Below are positions 37,770-49,299 of a stretch of DNA of 64,000 nt, in pieces; the stretch's first letter is position 1, and each line of letters opens with the position of its first letter. A program made the position numbers and the translations under genes. Source of the DNA: Polymyxa betae A26-41 (taxonomy: Eukaryota > Protista > Endomyxa: Phytomyxea); assembly GCA_003693705.1 (NCBI GenBank), contig RBZT01000435.1:265816-329815 (forward strand). Direction: 5' to 3'. The notes beneath the pieces were generated by a model. It saw only the letters and a program-made list of their open reading frames with translations. It was not told the origin of the DNA and made no database searches.

Positions 37770-38030
37770 CAGTACAAAACGTTTTGGGAGTAGGCATGTT
37801 CTTCAGAGGATCAACGAGTTTAGGGTCGAACGAAATACCTTTTTGAGATATTACGCGGCCGGTCCATTTCACTTCGCGAAGAAAAAGGTGACATTCGTCA
37901 GGATTGCATTTGACATGAACTTATTCATTCGTGATAGAGTACGATTAAGGGCGATAAGGTGTTCATCCATCTTGGAGTTTCCGAGAATGTCATCAACCCA
38001 TAACAGAACGGAATCATAAAGAAGATTATA
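37770..38030 (-). mobile_element. Degenerate Ty3/gypsy LTR-retrotransposon reverse transcriptase fragment
   Basis: VLLWVDDILG (YxDD-like) ...HLIALNRTLSRM...VTFF, then a frameshift near 37870 into MKWTGRVISQKGISFDPKLVDPLKNMPTPKT, typical of the Ty3/gypsy RT C-terminal half. Confidence 0.8.
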
Positions 38031-38188
38031 AACTTTTGCTGATCGGACTGAGGCCCGATCAGGAGCAGTAGTGTATTTCATAATATAATTTAGTAAAAAA
38101 ACAGTCACAGAAGATTTTTCCTATGATATCAAGATGTCAACTGAAAACGACAGCCCTAGGTAGAGAGAGCAATGCCACGATGGAACGA

Positions 38189-38251
38189 ATGATGGCGCGA
38201 CCCCTCATGCATTGGAAGACTGATCATGATGATGGCGCGACCCTCATGCAA
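38189..38251. repeat. 23-bp direct repeat
   Basis: atgatggcgcgacccctcatgca twice, upstream of the gene at 38317. Confidence 0.85.
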
Positions 38252-38316
38252 TAGGCTGATAGGCAGCACTGGGCAGATCGCAACCCACCGCCGGGGTGTC
38301 CTTCAACCCAGCTTCC

Positions 38317-39099
38317 ATGTCGTTGAGACGATCTATCCGGCGCATCAATGCCCAGCTGCAAGCGTTGGGAACCGCTGGACGTGTCGGGGCTGGAATCGTA
38401 TCGGTCGCCATTGCAGGACGTCTCGCCTATGCTATCGCTGATACCATCACCTATCCGGTAGACAAGTTTTATTCGGCGCTTATTGGGTGCTGAAAGCTGC
38501 TCAAAGTTTTAGCTCGTTTTAGTTTAACCTCTGTCGATATTCTGAGTGTCTTTTAGTTGCAAAAATGGCCTGAAGTTCGCACACCAATGATTTTCTGCTT
38601 GGGATTCGGGACCGGCATAGCAGCATACGCCCTACATGCATCACCTCAATCGGCGCTCTCGCTGGGTCGCCAACCAGCCAAAATTTACTCGCAGAGCTTC
38701 CGCTCTATTAGAAATAACAAGTAAGAAGATGAATCGTTTTCTCTACATTAACGATACCGATTTTTTGCAGTTTATTTTGCTTGTTTTGATAGAGATCTGA
38801 TTCCGTTTCTTAGAGATATTCAAGTCGAATTAGGCGCCCCGATAAAGTTTGGTGGATTCCGTCAGCTGCATTACATCCCTGGATCGATTAATTTCAGTGC
38901 CTTAACTGAGAAATATATCAGCCCAGCAGAGCGACTCGCCGCTTTCTGGAGACCTCGCGAAACGCATTTGCTGTATCTGATTCGAGGCCCGCATGGAACG
39001 GCGATCGTCAACCTCAACGACCGATATGGTAAGCAAAGCTGCCAGGTGATCCCAACCAAAGGCGACATCAAAGCCATTATCGTAACCGGCGCTGATTAA
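38317..39099 (+). CDS. Probable mitochondrial inner-membrane protein, TIM21/Coa1-like
   Basis: Arg-rich presequence MSLRRSIRRINAQ; exons with KIYSQSFRSIRNN, IQVELGAPIKFG, HLLYLIRGPHGTAIVNL. Confidence 0.55.
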
Positions 39100-39260
39100 A
39101 TCAACCATAGTTCCTGCTGAGCCTGAGGTTGGCGTTAGATAATACGGAAGCGATCGTCATTGTTTTACATGAACCGCCTAATTGTTTCATTGTCAAATGC
39201 GGCTTCGATCTTTGTAGATTGATATTGGCTACATTTCATAGCATTATAGGAAGCGAATAT

Positions 39261-40688
39261 TTATTCTTGATGCGCTTTTCCGACGAAATCGAACGATACT
39301 GGACCTTGCAGCATCCAGAACAGCAGACCTGAAACTATGCTGAAAGCGAATCTGGCGATCAGCGCCGCCAGTAAGCCGTGCGACAGAACGATGTTCCAGA
39401 ACAGCGACGAAATTATCATCTGGCAAGGTTCCAGGAAGAAATCGGCGAACCGCCACGGCTTCAACGTCAACGTCGTCGGCAGACGAATCGTGGATAGCAC
39501 GAGCGCTGTCAGAAGATCGGGACGACCGCTAAACGTACTGGCGTCTAACGACGTTGACGACAATTTCGACAGAATAGAGCTTATTACAAATCTAAGCAGG
39601 CTGCCGAGGCTCCATAACAAGCTGATGTTGGATAATTGTCCATAGACAGTAAGGCAAGCGAGACCGGCAACGATCAGAATAGCGCGAAGAGAACAACGCT
39701 CTGAGACAACGCCAACAACAGCCGCGATCATGACAAAGCTGCCGACGTATTTTGTCATGGCCAGATCCAGAAGAGACAGAAGGAATGCTAAAGCGAATTT
39801 AGTAGCAGATCGGTAAAAGCAAACAAGATTGCAATAAGGTGAACAAGTGCAAAAAAAACAACAGAAAAAAACAACAGAAAAAGCATAATAGAAGACAGAA
39901 GAAGGATTACCAAGACAATTAACGCCCATCCAACGATGCAGAATTTCATCGAGCATGTCGGCGATGATCGACCTCCATAGAACGGTCAATGGCCCTGAAC
40001 GTAAGATCGCTGCCGAATACGGATCGTTAACCAGCAGGCTGGGCGATCGTGGCAGTTGAAACAACAGCCGCAACATCGTTAGAGCGACGCACAATCCGAC
40101 GGCGATCGCAACAACTTCCACGATGACCTTCATGGACATGGCCGTCGATAGCAACACCGGGAACAGCTTGGTCGGGAAGCCCAGCGTCCAGAACAGGAAC
40201 GCCGACAGCAACAGATTCCGAACGAAACTCTTCACGTACTGCGCTGGCGTCGTGAACGTCGTCGCCGCCGACTTGGTCGCCGATTCGTCGTAGTACGCCC
40301 GCAGGCAGCGCGATTCGTCGACGAGCTTGGCGAGCCGGGGCCGGGGCCGCACCCACCGCCCGAACAGGTTCGCGTGACGAAGCGTCTCATAACAGACATC
40401 GAGCAGCGACAGATCATGGGCCGCCTTCAGCAGGCGCCGTTCCGGGTCCAGCTGCGACGTCCTCGTCCAGAGCGTGTCGAACTCGGCCGAGTCGCGGGCC
40501 GGTACGCCCTCCATCTGATGGTACAGCGCCAGGCAGTAGCGTTCGGCGTCGGCGTGGTCGGTGGGCGCGTACGCCAGCAAGGTCGCGACCGGAACCGGCG
40601 GGCCGGCGTCGTTCGCCAGCCAGGCGTCGGGCGTGGCAGCGGCGGCCGCCTCCGCCGCCGTACTGGCCTGCGGTTGTTGCGACGTCAT
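39261..40688 (-). CDS. Multi-pass membrane protein, possibly degenerate CPBP/Abi (Rce1-like) family
   Basis: 475-aa ORF with many TM segments; LDEILHR resembles EExxxR; probable in-frame intron 39701-39910. Confidence 0.55.
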   Translation of the reverse strand: MTSQQPQASTAAEAAAAATPDAWLANDAGPPVPVATLLAYAPTDHADAERYCLALYHQMEGVPARDSAEFDTLWTRTSQLDPERRLLKAAHDLSLLDVCYETLRHANLFGRWVRPRPRLAKLVDESRCLRAYYDESATKSAATTFTTPAQYVKSFVRNLLLSAFLFWTLGFPTKLFPVLLSTAMSMKVIVEVVAIAVGLCVALTMLRLLFQLPRSPSLLVNDPYSAAILRSGPLTVLWRSIIADMLDEILHRWMGVNCLGNPSSVFYYAFSVVFFCCFFCTCSPYCNLVCFYRSATKFALAFLLSLLDLAMTKYVGSFVMIAAVVGVVSERCSLRAILIVAGLACLTVYGQLSNISLLWSLGSLLRFVISSILSKLSSTSLDASTFSGRPDLLTALVLSTIRLPTTLTLKPWRFADFFLEPCQMIISSLFWNIVLSHGLLAALIARFAFSIVSGLLFWMLQGPVSFDFVGKAHQE

Positions 40689-40764
40689 TCACGGCGAAAG
40701 TATTGCGTGCTGTGTGCTGTTTGTTTGGTAAGTCGGTGATTTGGGTGGTCGTGGCAGGTCGGCG

Positions 40765-41331
40765 ATGAAGAAGATCGAGGAGGAGCAGGTACGACGGCGA
40801 ATGTTCGCCGAGGCCCGATTGAAATGCGACGCGACCATCAAGGTGTTTGCTGAATGTGCTAAAGGTGCGTTTTGGTTTTATCGAGAGACGGATTGTGGGT
40901 TCCGGCATGGTTTGAAACAGTTTAAGACCTGCAGAGTTTTCCAACAATTTCTGAACGATTGTTGGATCTCACAAAACAATCAAATCGCTCTTTATATAGC
41001 TGGCCGTTATCATCAGCCCCATCGCTGCCCATTAATTGGAATTGCTTTAAAGACGATCTGATTTCTGTTCGTTGTTTTTAGTGCCAACTGTCAGAATCTA
41101 TCAACGAACAGGCCATTGATATGTATAACAGGCAGGTCTGTGAGTGTGCTCTGGGCGTGTCGCGAACTCAACAAAAAGATGAACGCCTGTCTGCATCAGT
41201 AAGCCGCTGTTTTCGCACGTCCCGGTTCGTCTCAGATCGGCGCTCTCAGGTTCACCAACAGTGAATACTTCGAGCAATACAAACAGGATCGTCTGGCCAC
41301 CAACAACGACTCAGCCATTCCATCTTCATAG
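40765..41331 (+). CDS. CMC1: COX assembly twin CX9C protein
   Basis: Spliced EEQVRRRMFAEARLKCDATIKVFAECAK/GRSVSVLWACRELNKKMNACLHQ/FTNSEYFEQYK. Confidence 0.85.
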
Positions 41332-41460
41332 CATCGTAGATTTCGTCATAAACGTGCTTATTCACAAAGCCATTTTACGAGATCCCAGAACCAAAGATTT
41401 TTAGCCGATTTTTTTGTAACTTTGTGACGGGCTGTCTGAACGCGATGACAGATCGAAGTT

Positions 41461-42454
41461 ATGCTGCTTCGGGTTCATACGAACGACGGTCGCACCGAGG
41501 ACATCCACCTCGACGATGACGCGAAGATCACCGACCTGCGCCGCGCCATCGCCGATGCATTCGTCGTCGTCAGCGGCGCCGAACGCGCCCGCATCCGTAT
41601 CCACGAACCCTTCCACGAACGCCTTCGTCGCCGCCTCAAACACAAGCCGCAACCCAGCCAGTCCGACGTCATCGTCTTGGACGACGCGCGGGCCAGTACG
41701 GCGCTGGCCGCACTCGGCGTCCGCCATCAGTCGACGATCGTGGTGGAGAACTGCGACGAGATCTCATCTCGAGCGTTTTACAGCGTGATCAGGCGTCTGC
41801 GATCGCTGAAGGAGAGCGATGGCGGTGGTCGTCGTGGGAAGGCGGCCCTCGATCTGGTGCGGACGCTGATGCGAGATCGGATCCTGAACCCCGACAGGAT
41901 CTCGGTCCCGGTCGACGCCGTCAAACCCGTCCTCGAAGGCGCCGATTGTTATGCGATTCTATCGCCGCTCGGCGTCGTCCTGAAGGGTGACCGATTCTTC
42001 CTTGATAACGTACGGTCCTATTATTCTGCTCGTTCGTCTCCTTTATTGATGTCGTTAGGTGACGTCTTGTATAGCCCGACAGGTTCTGTACTGTCTGTAT
42101 GGGCGGCAGGAATGGGGTCGCATCGAGTCTGAGCAGCAGAAAGCTATACAAATAGCTGTCTCGGCGCCGCCTCCCAAACTGACCCCGACACCCACCACGA
42201 AACCGAAACCCGTCACCGATACCATGCCCGATTATTCGCAGCGTGCGTTCTACATGTTCGTGGCGGTGATCGTCGCCGGCATCGTACTGGCCCAATGCGC
42301 CCGGCGGTATTCGGAAAGGTCGAATTCCGGATTCGCTCCGGATGGGGTTGCGATAAGAGATTCGCCAAGGCCGGTGGACCAGGAGAGTACCGATCAGGCA
42401 GCGGTATCGCCAGCAATCAAGATACCCGTTGATAGTCTACATAATGAGACTTGA
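41461..42454 (+). CDS. Hypothetical protein: ubiquitin-like N-terminus, PUB-like middle, C-terminal TM helix
   Basis: MLLRVHTNDGRTEDIHL...ITDLRRAI; AALDLVRTLMRDRILNPD; AFYMFVAVIVAGIVLA; ORFs 41461-42132 and 42059-42454 joined by an intron. Confidence 0.5.
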
Positions 42455-42590
42455 TAAACAGAATTTTGTCTCGAGGCAGAACTTCAGCTCGAGTCTGTTT
42501 TAATTAACGCCACTGTACCGAAGATTCTAGAGTTTTGAGTTGAAGCCTTTGACTGGCTGCTGATGGTTTGTTGAATGTAGGACTAAATCG

Positions 42591-42770
42591 CTTTTTGAGT
42601 GTTTGAGGGGTACCTGCCACGTGCAGGCACCCTCTCAAACGACGCGGTGACGAGACAACCTCATCAATTTCAGCCTTTCAGGTGAATGAGCAACAGGCTG
42701 CGCCTTCTCAAAAAACTTTGAGTTTGAGTTTAAGCTGACTGCATTCAGAACGAAACTAAAACTCAAAAAG
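42591..42770. repeat. Foldback/MITE-like inverted-repeat element
   Basis: ctttttgagt (42591) and actcaaaaag (42761) are perfect inverted repeats; internal hairpin 42601-42640. Confidence 0.55.
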
Positions 42771-42953
42771 GCTTCGAAACTTCTCTAATGGAGTACTGCA
42801 GATATTTGATCCGATTCACAAAAGCTCTTTGTTTCTGAATTATGCCTCACTAAACATCAACACCAGCAATTAGCCGGAGAGCATGTCCGAGAATCGAACA
42901 CGATTAGAAAACAAACGTATGTGCAAATAAACACGCCGGCCTGGAGCAAACAA

Positions 42954-44584
42954 TCAAGCACCGATATGCGATGACTCTTTGTCTATTGATGTTCGCAATC
43001 CCATAGAACGGGGCAGAATTACAGATCGAAAACTTAGCAACAGAACAGTAGAGATTAACCAGTTAATACAAAGGATGACAATCATGGCGTATTCGAAGGT
43101 CGAGGACAGTCGCAACGGGGCGAACAAAACCAATGTTCTTGTTTGCAGTATGGGCCAGGCCATTCCGATAGGCAGAAGTAGCTGTGCACAAGTTACAAAC
43201 AGAAACAGACAGACAGCCGGAAAAAATTAATACTAAGGTAAAAGGTTAAAAACAACAAATAAAAAACAAGCAATATGATAGAATTCGTACCACCAGTGAC
43301 GGCCACAACGTGTCCCGTCTGGATTTCTTCCAATGCATCCGTCTGTCCCATACCCAATATGATGACAGCCCTCCTAAACCAAAAGATAAGCGCCGGTCAA
43401 GAAATTAATGGTTGAACATACATCGTAGAAGTGAGTAACCGGCGATCGACAGAATGGACAGGGTTTACTTCCAGGCGAAGGCCTCGTGTTTGACGACGCA
43501 TTACAGGTGCATTCGGCGGCGGCTTGCAAGCAAGCTCGGCAGAATTGTCGCCGACATTCAGAGGCAGGACAGCGTAATAATCTGGAAGGCGGTAGTGGAC
43601 CAACGATACCACATCCGCATCTGGGAAAAAGCGTCGAACAATGACTATTGGGAGCTCAGTTGGTACAGACCTTGGTAGAGGACAGAATATGCCACCGGAC
43701 GTCAATGTAAGCGACAGTTCCGTGGCAAACAGCTTAAAACGCTGATACGATTCGACACCGGTAAGACGAAGAGTCTCGATGTGCAACAAGGTCGAGCCGG
43801 TGCATCGCATTGGACCTTAAAACAATCACAACTGTGACGAAATATAGGTTTTGTCTCAAGAAGAGTAAGCAGAATAAAAAAGGACATCCAATTATAGAAC
43901 GTACATTGGAGCGAGAATGAATCCGAATCTGAACTGCAGCGAGCCAGATCGCGATTATTTAAAGCAGACGAGACGAATGCGGTGAAACAGTCAAGGTCGA
44001 TGCAATGACGACATGTAGCAAACTGAACAGCGACAGCCCGTGAAGGAATCAGGCTCAGACAGCAGCAGCAGCATGTCGTTGTGCTTTCCTGCTAAACCTT
44101 GAACATCTTTGGTTTGGACAACCAACAAAATGAAATGAGCGACAATCAGAATTGTTAAAAGGACCTCGAAAGAGCATAAAACCAGTTCCCTGTAAAGTGC
44201 TCATAAATATCCATACCACAAAAATGCAATCGATCTGAAGAGCGTCCTGGCCTCGACATCTTTGGCTTTCTGCACAAACGTAGTAGGAATCCTAGAAAGA
44301 TATTTCAGACGACAGCCCAAAGAATCGAAAAGAGCATTCAGCCGGAACGAATATGAATCAATCAATTTATTACAAAACAGAAATCGGTTTACGATCTGGT
44401 CAAATCGCCGGTCGCAAGCAAAACAGGACCGGGAGTCGCTATCTACGGCATCGCTGCGGCAAAGCGGGCAGCGAACGCGAGCCTTGCCGCGACGAACGCC
44501 CAGCTGAGCGGCTGAAGGCTGAGCGCTACACGCAGCGTCATTGGCCGAGATATGGCACGAAGGGCACCGAACGGCCAATGACAT
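42954..44584 (-). CDS. Hypothetical multi-exon membrane protein with N-terminal CxxC clusters
   Basis: CPSC, CPLC, CFAC in ORF 44201-44668; further exons 43397-43810 and hydrophobic 42954-43163. Confidence 0.5.
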
Positions 44585-44869
44585 CAATGAGAGCCTTGAT
44601 AAAGGGCGCAACCACGCATCAATCTGAATGAGAGTAACATGAAGATGCCATCCTCTTAGTAGTTGCAATTAGCTAGATGCAACGAGCTGGTAGAAGGTCA
44701 AAGCATAGCATATTGAGTCGGCAACCAGACGATGGTCAGCGTTAGGGTCCCATTCATGCTTTTTCGATAAAATGGTCGTAATCGCAAACAGGAATAGTAA
44801 GCATAGAGTGGTAATTATAGAATTATCGATATATTAGAACTATTAATCAGAGCATGGAGCGAATCAGAG

Positions 44870-45484
44870 CTATACGAACTCAGTAGCAGTCTTATAAGAA
44901 GGTGGCGAATTCGATTTTTGATCTTTCGAGTACAATTTCTGCGAGTCGGGCATGTTAATCTTGACGATGTCGATTTTCTTGATTTTCTTCTCGTTCCCAG
45001 CCTCGATTGACCTTTGACTGCTTCGATCTCCCAGACTGGCCTTCTTTCCAGGTCCTTCGATCGTCTGCGTCTCGTAATGGTCGCAGACGGTGAGAATCGC
45101 CTGGATAGCAGTCCGCAAGATGAACGCCATGCCAGAAACGAAGACCCCAATTAGAGCAGCGCCATAATGTAGCATACCTCTGCCCTCATATGCAAGCAGC
45201 ATTCCAATCAAGCCAACAATGAATACAGGAACGAGAGCAATGGTTAGACAGAAAGCTTGAAAGGCGCTGCTAGATAACGGTTGCGGTTTAGCATCTCTGG
45301 AAGTCCAGCTCTGGAAGCAAAACAGCACGAAAGCGATCGTCCAGACGCCAATAAGCTCAGGTTGGGCGTCAAAGCGGCACAAAGCGCCCGCTGTTGGACA
45401 AGAAACAGACTGCACTCCGATTATTGGCGGCAAAACAGCAACTGCTAAGCCAAGCAGGAACAAAACTAGTTTGGCGAAATGCAT
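44870..45484 (-). CDS. Hypothetical intronless membrane protein (about 4 TM segments)
   Basis: 204-aa ORF, four hydrophobic segments, C-terminal PPSY motif. Confidence 0.65.
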   Translation of the reverse strand: MHFAKLVLFLLGLAVAVLPPIIGVQSVSCPTAGALCRFDAQPELIGVWTIAFVLFCFQSWTSRDAKPQPLSSSAFQAFCLTIALVPVFIVGLIGMLLAYEGRGMLHYGAALIGVFVSGMAFILRTAIQAILTVCDHYETQTIEGPGKKASLGDRSSQRSIEAGNEKKIKKIDIVKINMPDSQKLYSKDQKSNSPPSYKTATEFV

Positions 45485-45790
45485 TTCGACACGATTTGGG
45501 TATTCTGCAACGGCGGCGCTGCCAAGGACGGGCCGATGATCAGACTATGAGACGAGCAGCGATTAATGGCAAGATGCGGCAACATCTGTTCACGACGCCT
45601 TCGAACAATCGCGAACAGAAATGACCCAACAAGCTTCTCAAAAATGTTTTCTTCAGTCGATCGCCGCAGATTCCTATCTTTTCAGAAAGACAAAAACGGG
45701 TAAAATACGGAGAAAGCTTGAAAACTGAAAATGTTTGAAAGTCGAATCGTATTAATCAAATACATTTACTGAGAATAAATAAAGCGTTGC

Positions 45791-46460
45791 TTATTCTGAC
45801 CTGCCTTCTTCGCCCTGCTCTTCATTGGCCATTTCCAATTTCATTTCAGAGGCGTTCGACTCACGATTCGCACGCTGAGCCATCGCACTGCAAATCGCTT
45901 CGTAAACAGGTAACAATGAAGTCGATGGTTCAGCCGAGAGGAATCGACATTCGCTAACATCATCTTCGTCGTCAACATCAAAATGAATAAGCAGCCACGG
46001 TCCCGGCAAGGTGTTGTCGCCATTAACCGATAAAGCGTGTAACTGAACTAAAGAAAAACTTTCGTCAAATACTTGCTTTTTAAAAATCAAAAATGAGGCC
46101 GTGAATGGTCAAAGAAGCCAAACTTATGGTAATACAGGAAGCAACTATGGCCATGACGGAAAAAGCATGACGATCCTTACTGTATGGTAAGTCGAATGAC
46201 CATCCAAGACTGGAATCACTGCGACAGAGCCAAATGATATTTCTGTAACAGTGAAATTCAGAAAATCAAATGGCAAATAACGTGAAATTCAGCAACCTGT
46301 TGGTGATATAAAGGGTTCCGGTCGGCAGGGTGTCTTGATCACCCAGTTTCATACCAATGTTGTCTTCAATTTTAATAACATTCTCGGTTGGTGCCAGAAC
46401 CGGTGATGGGAGATCCCCTTCGGCGGTGTCAGCGCGCTCATGGACCTGAACCAACGGCAT
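45791..46460 (-). CDS. CLNS1A: Methylosome subunit pICln (Voldacs domain)
   Basis: GTLYITN.NIIW, LHALS, acidic DVDDEDDV then ECRFL...LLPVYEAICSA. Confidence 0.75.
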
Positions 46461-46631
46461 GATTTCTCGAATGATCACGCAATGATGTTTCGATTCCTGC
46501 CTCTATCATTCCTTCACAAAATTGGGCACAATTTCAGTTTAGAAAAGTCGTTTTCTAAAAAATGCGCACATTAAAACTTTGGGTTTTTAACCAGATGAAA
46601 TCGCAATGGTGGCAGATTCTGCTATAAAATG

Positions 46632-48065
46632 TTATTTGCTTTTATCGTAAACACGAATTGCTTTCTGTTTTGGGAGACGCTGTTCAAAACCATCGAGTTC
46701 TTTCTTCCAAGCTTCTCTCGTTGATAGTGTCGGTTGCGAAGCAGAGGACCTCAGCCGGCGCTGTTCTTGCTTCTCGCGCTTCGTGACAAGCTTCGATTCG
46801 GCTTCGCGTTGCATTCGCAACCATTCAATCACTTTGTTCACATCGAATCTCGCATTTCTCTCAATCGGCCCTTTACCTGCATAAAAGTGTACATTTAGTG
46901 CTAATTGAGTTTCAATGGGATTGGTAACCTTCGGGACACAGCTCGGAATCGAAGATTAATCCGCTGTAATCAGCGAAGTCGTAGCCAGCATTCTCAGGAT
47001 GGTTTCGTAAAAATACTGGCTTTCTACGCAGTAATGCCGAACAAGACTGGCTCGATTGTAGTTGTCCCTTAAAATTCACAATTAAATTGCAGTTATTCAT
47101 CAAGAAGAACAGTTCCCAAACAGAATCGTAAAGCGGCTTTTGAAGGAAAGGTAGCAGCATCCAGAGTTATCAACCAATGAAAACGTAAATCGAAATTGTA
47201 GAATGTTGGATTAATTGGATTAGAAGTGTACCTTAGTCGTAAAAGGGTGCTTGGATTCCCATTCTGCTCGGATTTGACTCTTGATGAATCGCTTCTTCAC
47301 GAACTCCCATAACGCATCGACATATTCATCAATGAATTTACTATCAGTCGCGTCGATTGCCTTGCGATCTTTCTGAGGAAAAACAGAATATCGCAACCTA
47401 GGGAATTAATGAGAACGAAGGTATAAAAGTTCAAAGATCAGACGAACTTCTCTTTGGAAATCTCTCGTAGATTATTCCATTTGTTTCGATCGCCAGGCAT
47501 TCTGGTAAGATAATCCACAGAAGCGCATCTCGCTAGGTGCTGTCTGAGTTGGCACTCATCACCGTCCCATCGGACTGATTGACGTGCAACTATCTGAGCG
47601 GCCTGATTTCGAGCGCGCAGCTGATTAAAATCGGCTCGAATCTTCTCCCAGGATTGTCGCTGCTTAGCTTGCCTTTCGTCCTGCTCTGCTTTCTTTCTTT
47701 TATCATATCTGACAGGAGATTAGAATAGATAATTACTAACTAGCACTTTTGTACTTCCGACAGTCGACCTGCATTCGTCTAAGCACATGGGTTGGGATAT
47801 TTGCATCCAGATTTCGTTCGTGTAGTTTCGGGCGGATAGATACGCTTTGCCACTTTTTCAGAAAGAATTCGCGTTCGAATTCACTTTTTAGCTTCTGAAA
47901 ACGCTCCGATTTCATCAAATGCTCGATGAATGCCTCATACTCCTCAGGCTCCGCGATGATGGCCCTTTGTAATGGAGGAGCGGCTCCATATCGTAGGGTA
48001 CGTTTTGGTAAAGACGGCCTCGGCACCTGGCGAAGATCGAGGGCATCATCGGTGGTTTTCGACAT
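46632..48065 (-). CDS. Hypothetical multi-exon protein
   Basis: ORF pieces 47736-48065, 46912-47160 and 46632-46841 separated by intron-like segments. Confidence 0.5.
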
Positions 48066-48304
48066 TGGCGTGTGACATTTCTCAAAATATCTTAGAATTA
48101 AACAATTTGCAAGAAACTGGATAATGGCAGTAGAAAAAACAAAAGTGCGTGATATTTTTTCGTGTGATATCATACCGAAAAGACAGAAACAAACAAGTTT
48201 CGATTGCATAAATTGCGCTCTGCGTGACGGACTTGACGATTTCTAATCCAACCCAGTTCTTCTATTCGACTCTCAGATTCTGGAGAGAAAGTCGCTGTAG
48301 GGCC

Positions 48305-48587
48305 ATGATCATCCCTGTTCGCTGCTTCACATGCGGAAAGGTCATTGGCAACAAATGGGAGAAGTATCTGAACTTGCAGCTTGGTGAATACTCGCCAGGG
48401 TCGGTCTCTCGAAGATGGAACTGACGATCTTATCTAACAATGATCTAGGGAGGCGTTGGACAGCCTTAATCTTCGCCGATATTGCTGCAGAAGGATGCTT
48501 CTCACACATGTCGACTTAATTCAAAAGCTTCTGAACTACAACCCATCACGTCGTGCTCACACAGCTCTCAGTGGTGTCGCTCAGTGA
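48305..48587 (+). CDS. RPB10: RNA polymerase I/II/III subunit RPABC5
   Basis: [19 protein letters not shown] / [32 protein letters not shown]; one intron. Confidence 0.98.
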
Positions 48588-49299
48588 TTACGATCTCTAA
48601 TAAATATATTTGCTATTTAAACTTATTTGCTCGCATTGATTCTTCCTATACTGTATGTGATCAAGAGTCGTAATGTATTTCTCTTTCCATTTCTCTATCA
48701 GCATATTTTTCTTCCAAATGGTTTCAAGTCCTGATTTGTTCGGCGCCGAAGGACATCGAGGCAAATACAGCCTCATGCCTGCCCTTTCGTCAGTTAACTC
48801 ATTTGGTGCGCCGTGTCGCGAGATATTTAAGTTTGGTTTGAGGTTTCCGGACTATGTATGTGAACTGTGAACTCGCTATTCGTGAACCACGCGTGAAATC
48901 AACTCTCGGCCCATCTGCGTGGCTGCGGCTTGGCGCTCGCTCCAGAATTCTCACGTGGTTGGAGGACCGGGAGGAAACTCGCCGTCAGTCACCTTTCACA
49001 AACATTCCTATTTGTCATCAGAAGGTCGCGTTTTGGTCTGGCGTTTTTGAAGCCGTCAGTCAGTGGCACACGTATAAAACGTAAACTACAGTCGCCACCC
49101 CTCACGCAGCACTGTTGACGCCGCTATCCCCTTCACATCCTCCACTCTCCTATCGTGTTTGTCGAATGTGTGATTTCGCCACGTGCCGGCGCTGACTTTT
49201 CCGTTGGCTGCAGATCCTCGGGCGCGACGGCTGGGGTTTCGGATGGGACAAGTTCGATAATGGCTTCGGCGTTGTGGCTTTGCTCTGAGCATGCTCTAG

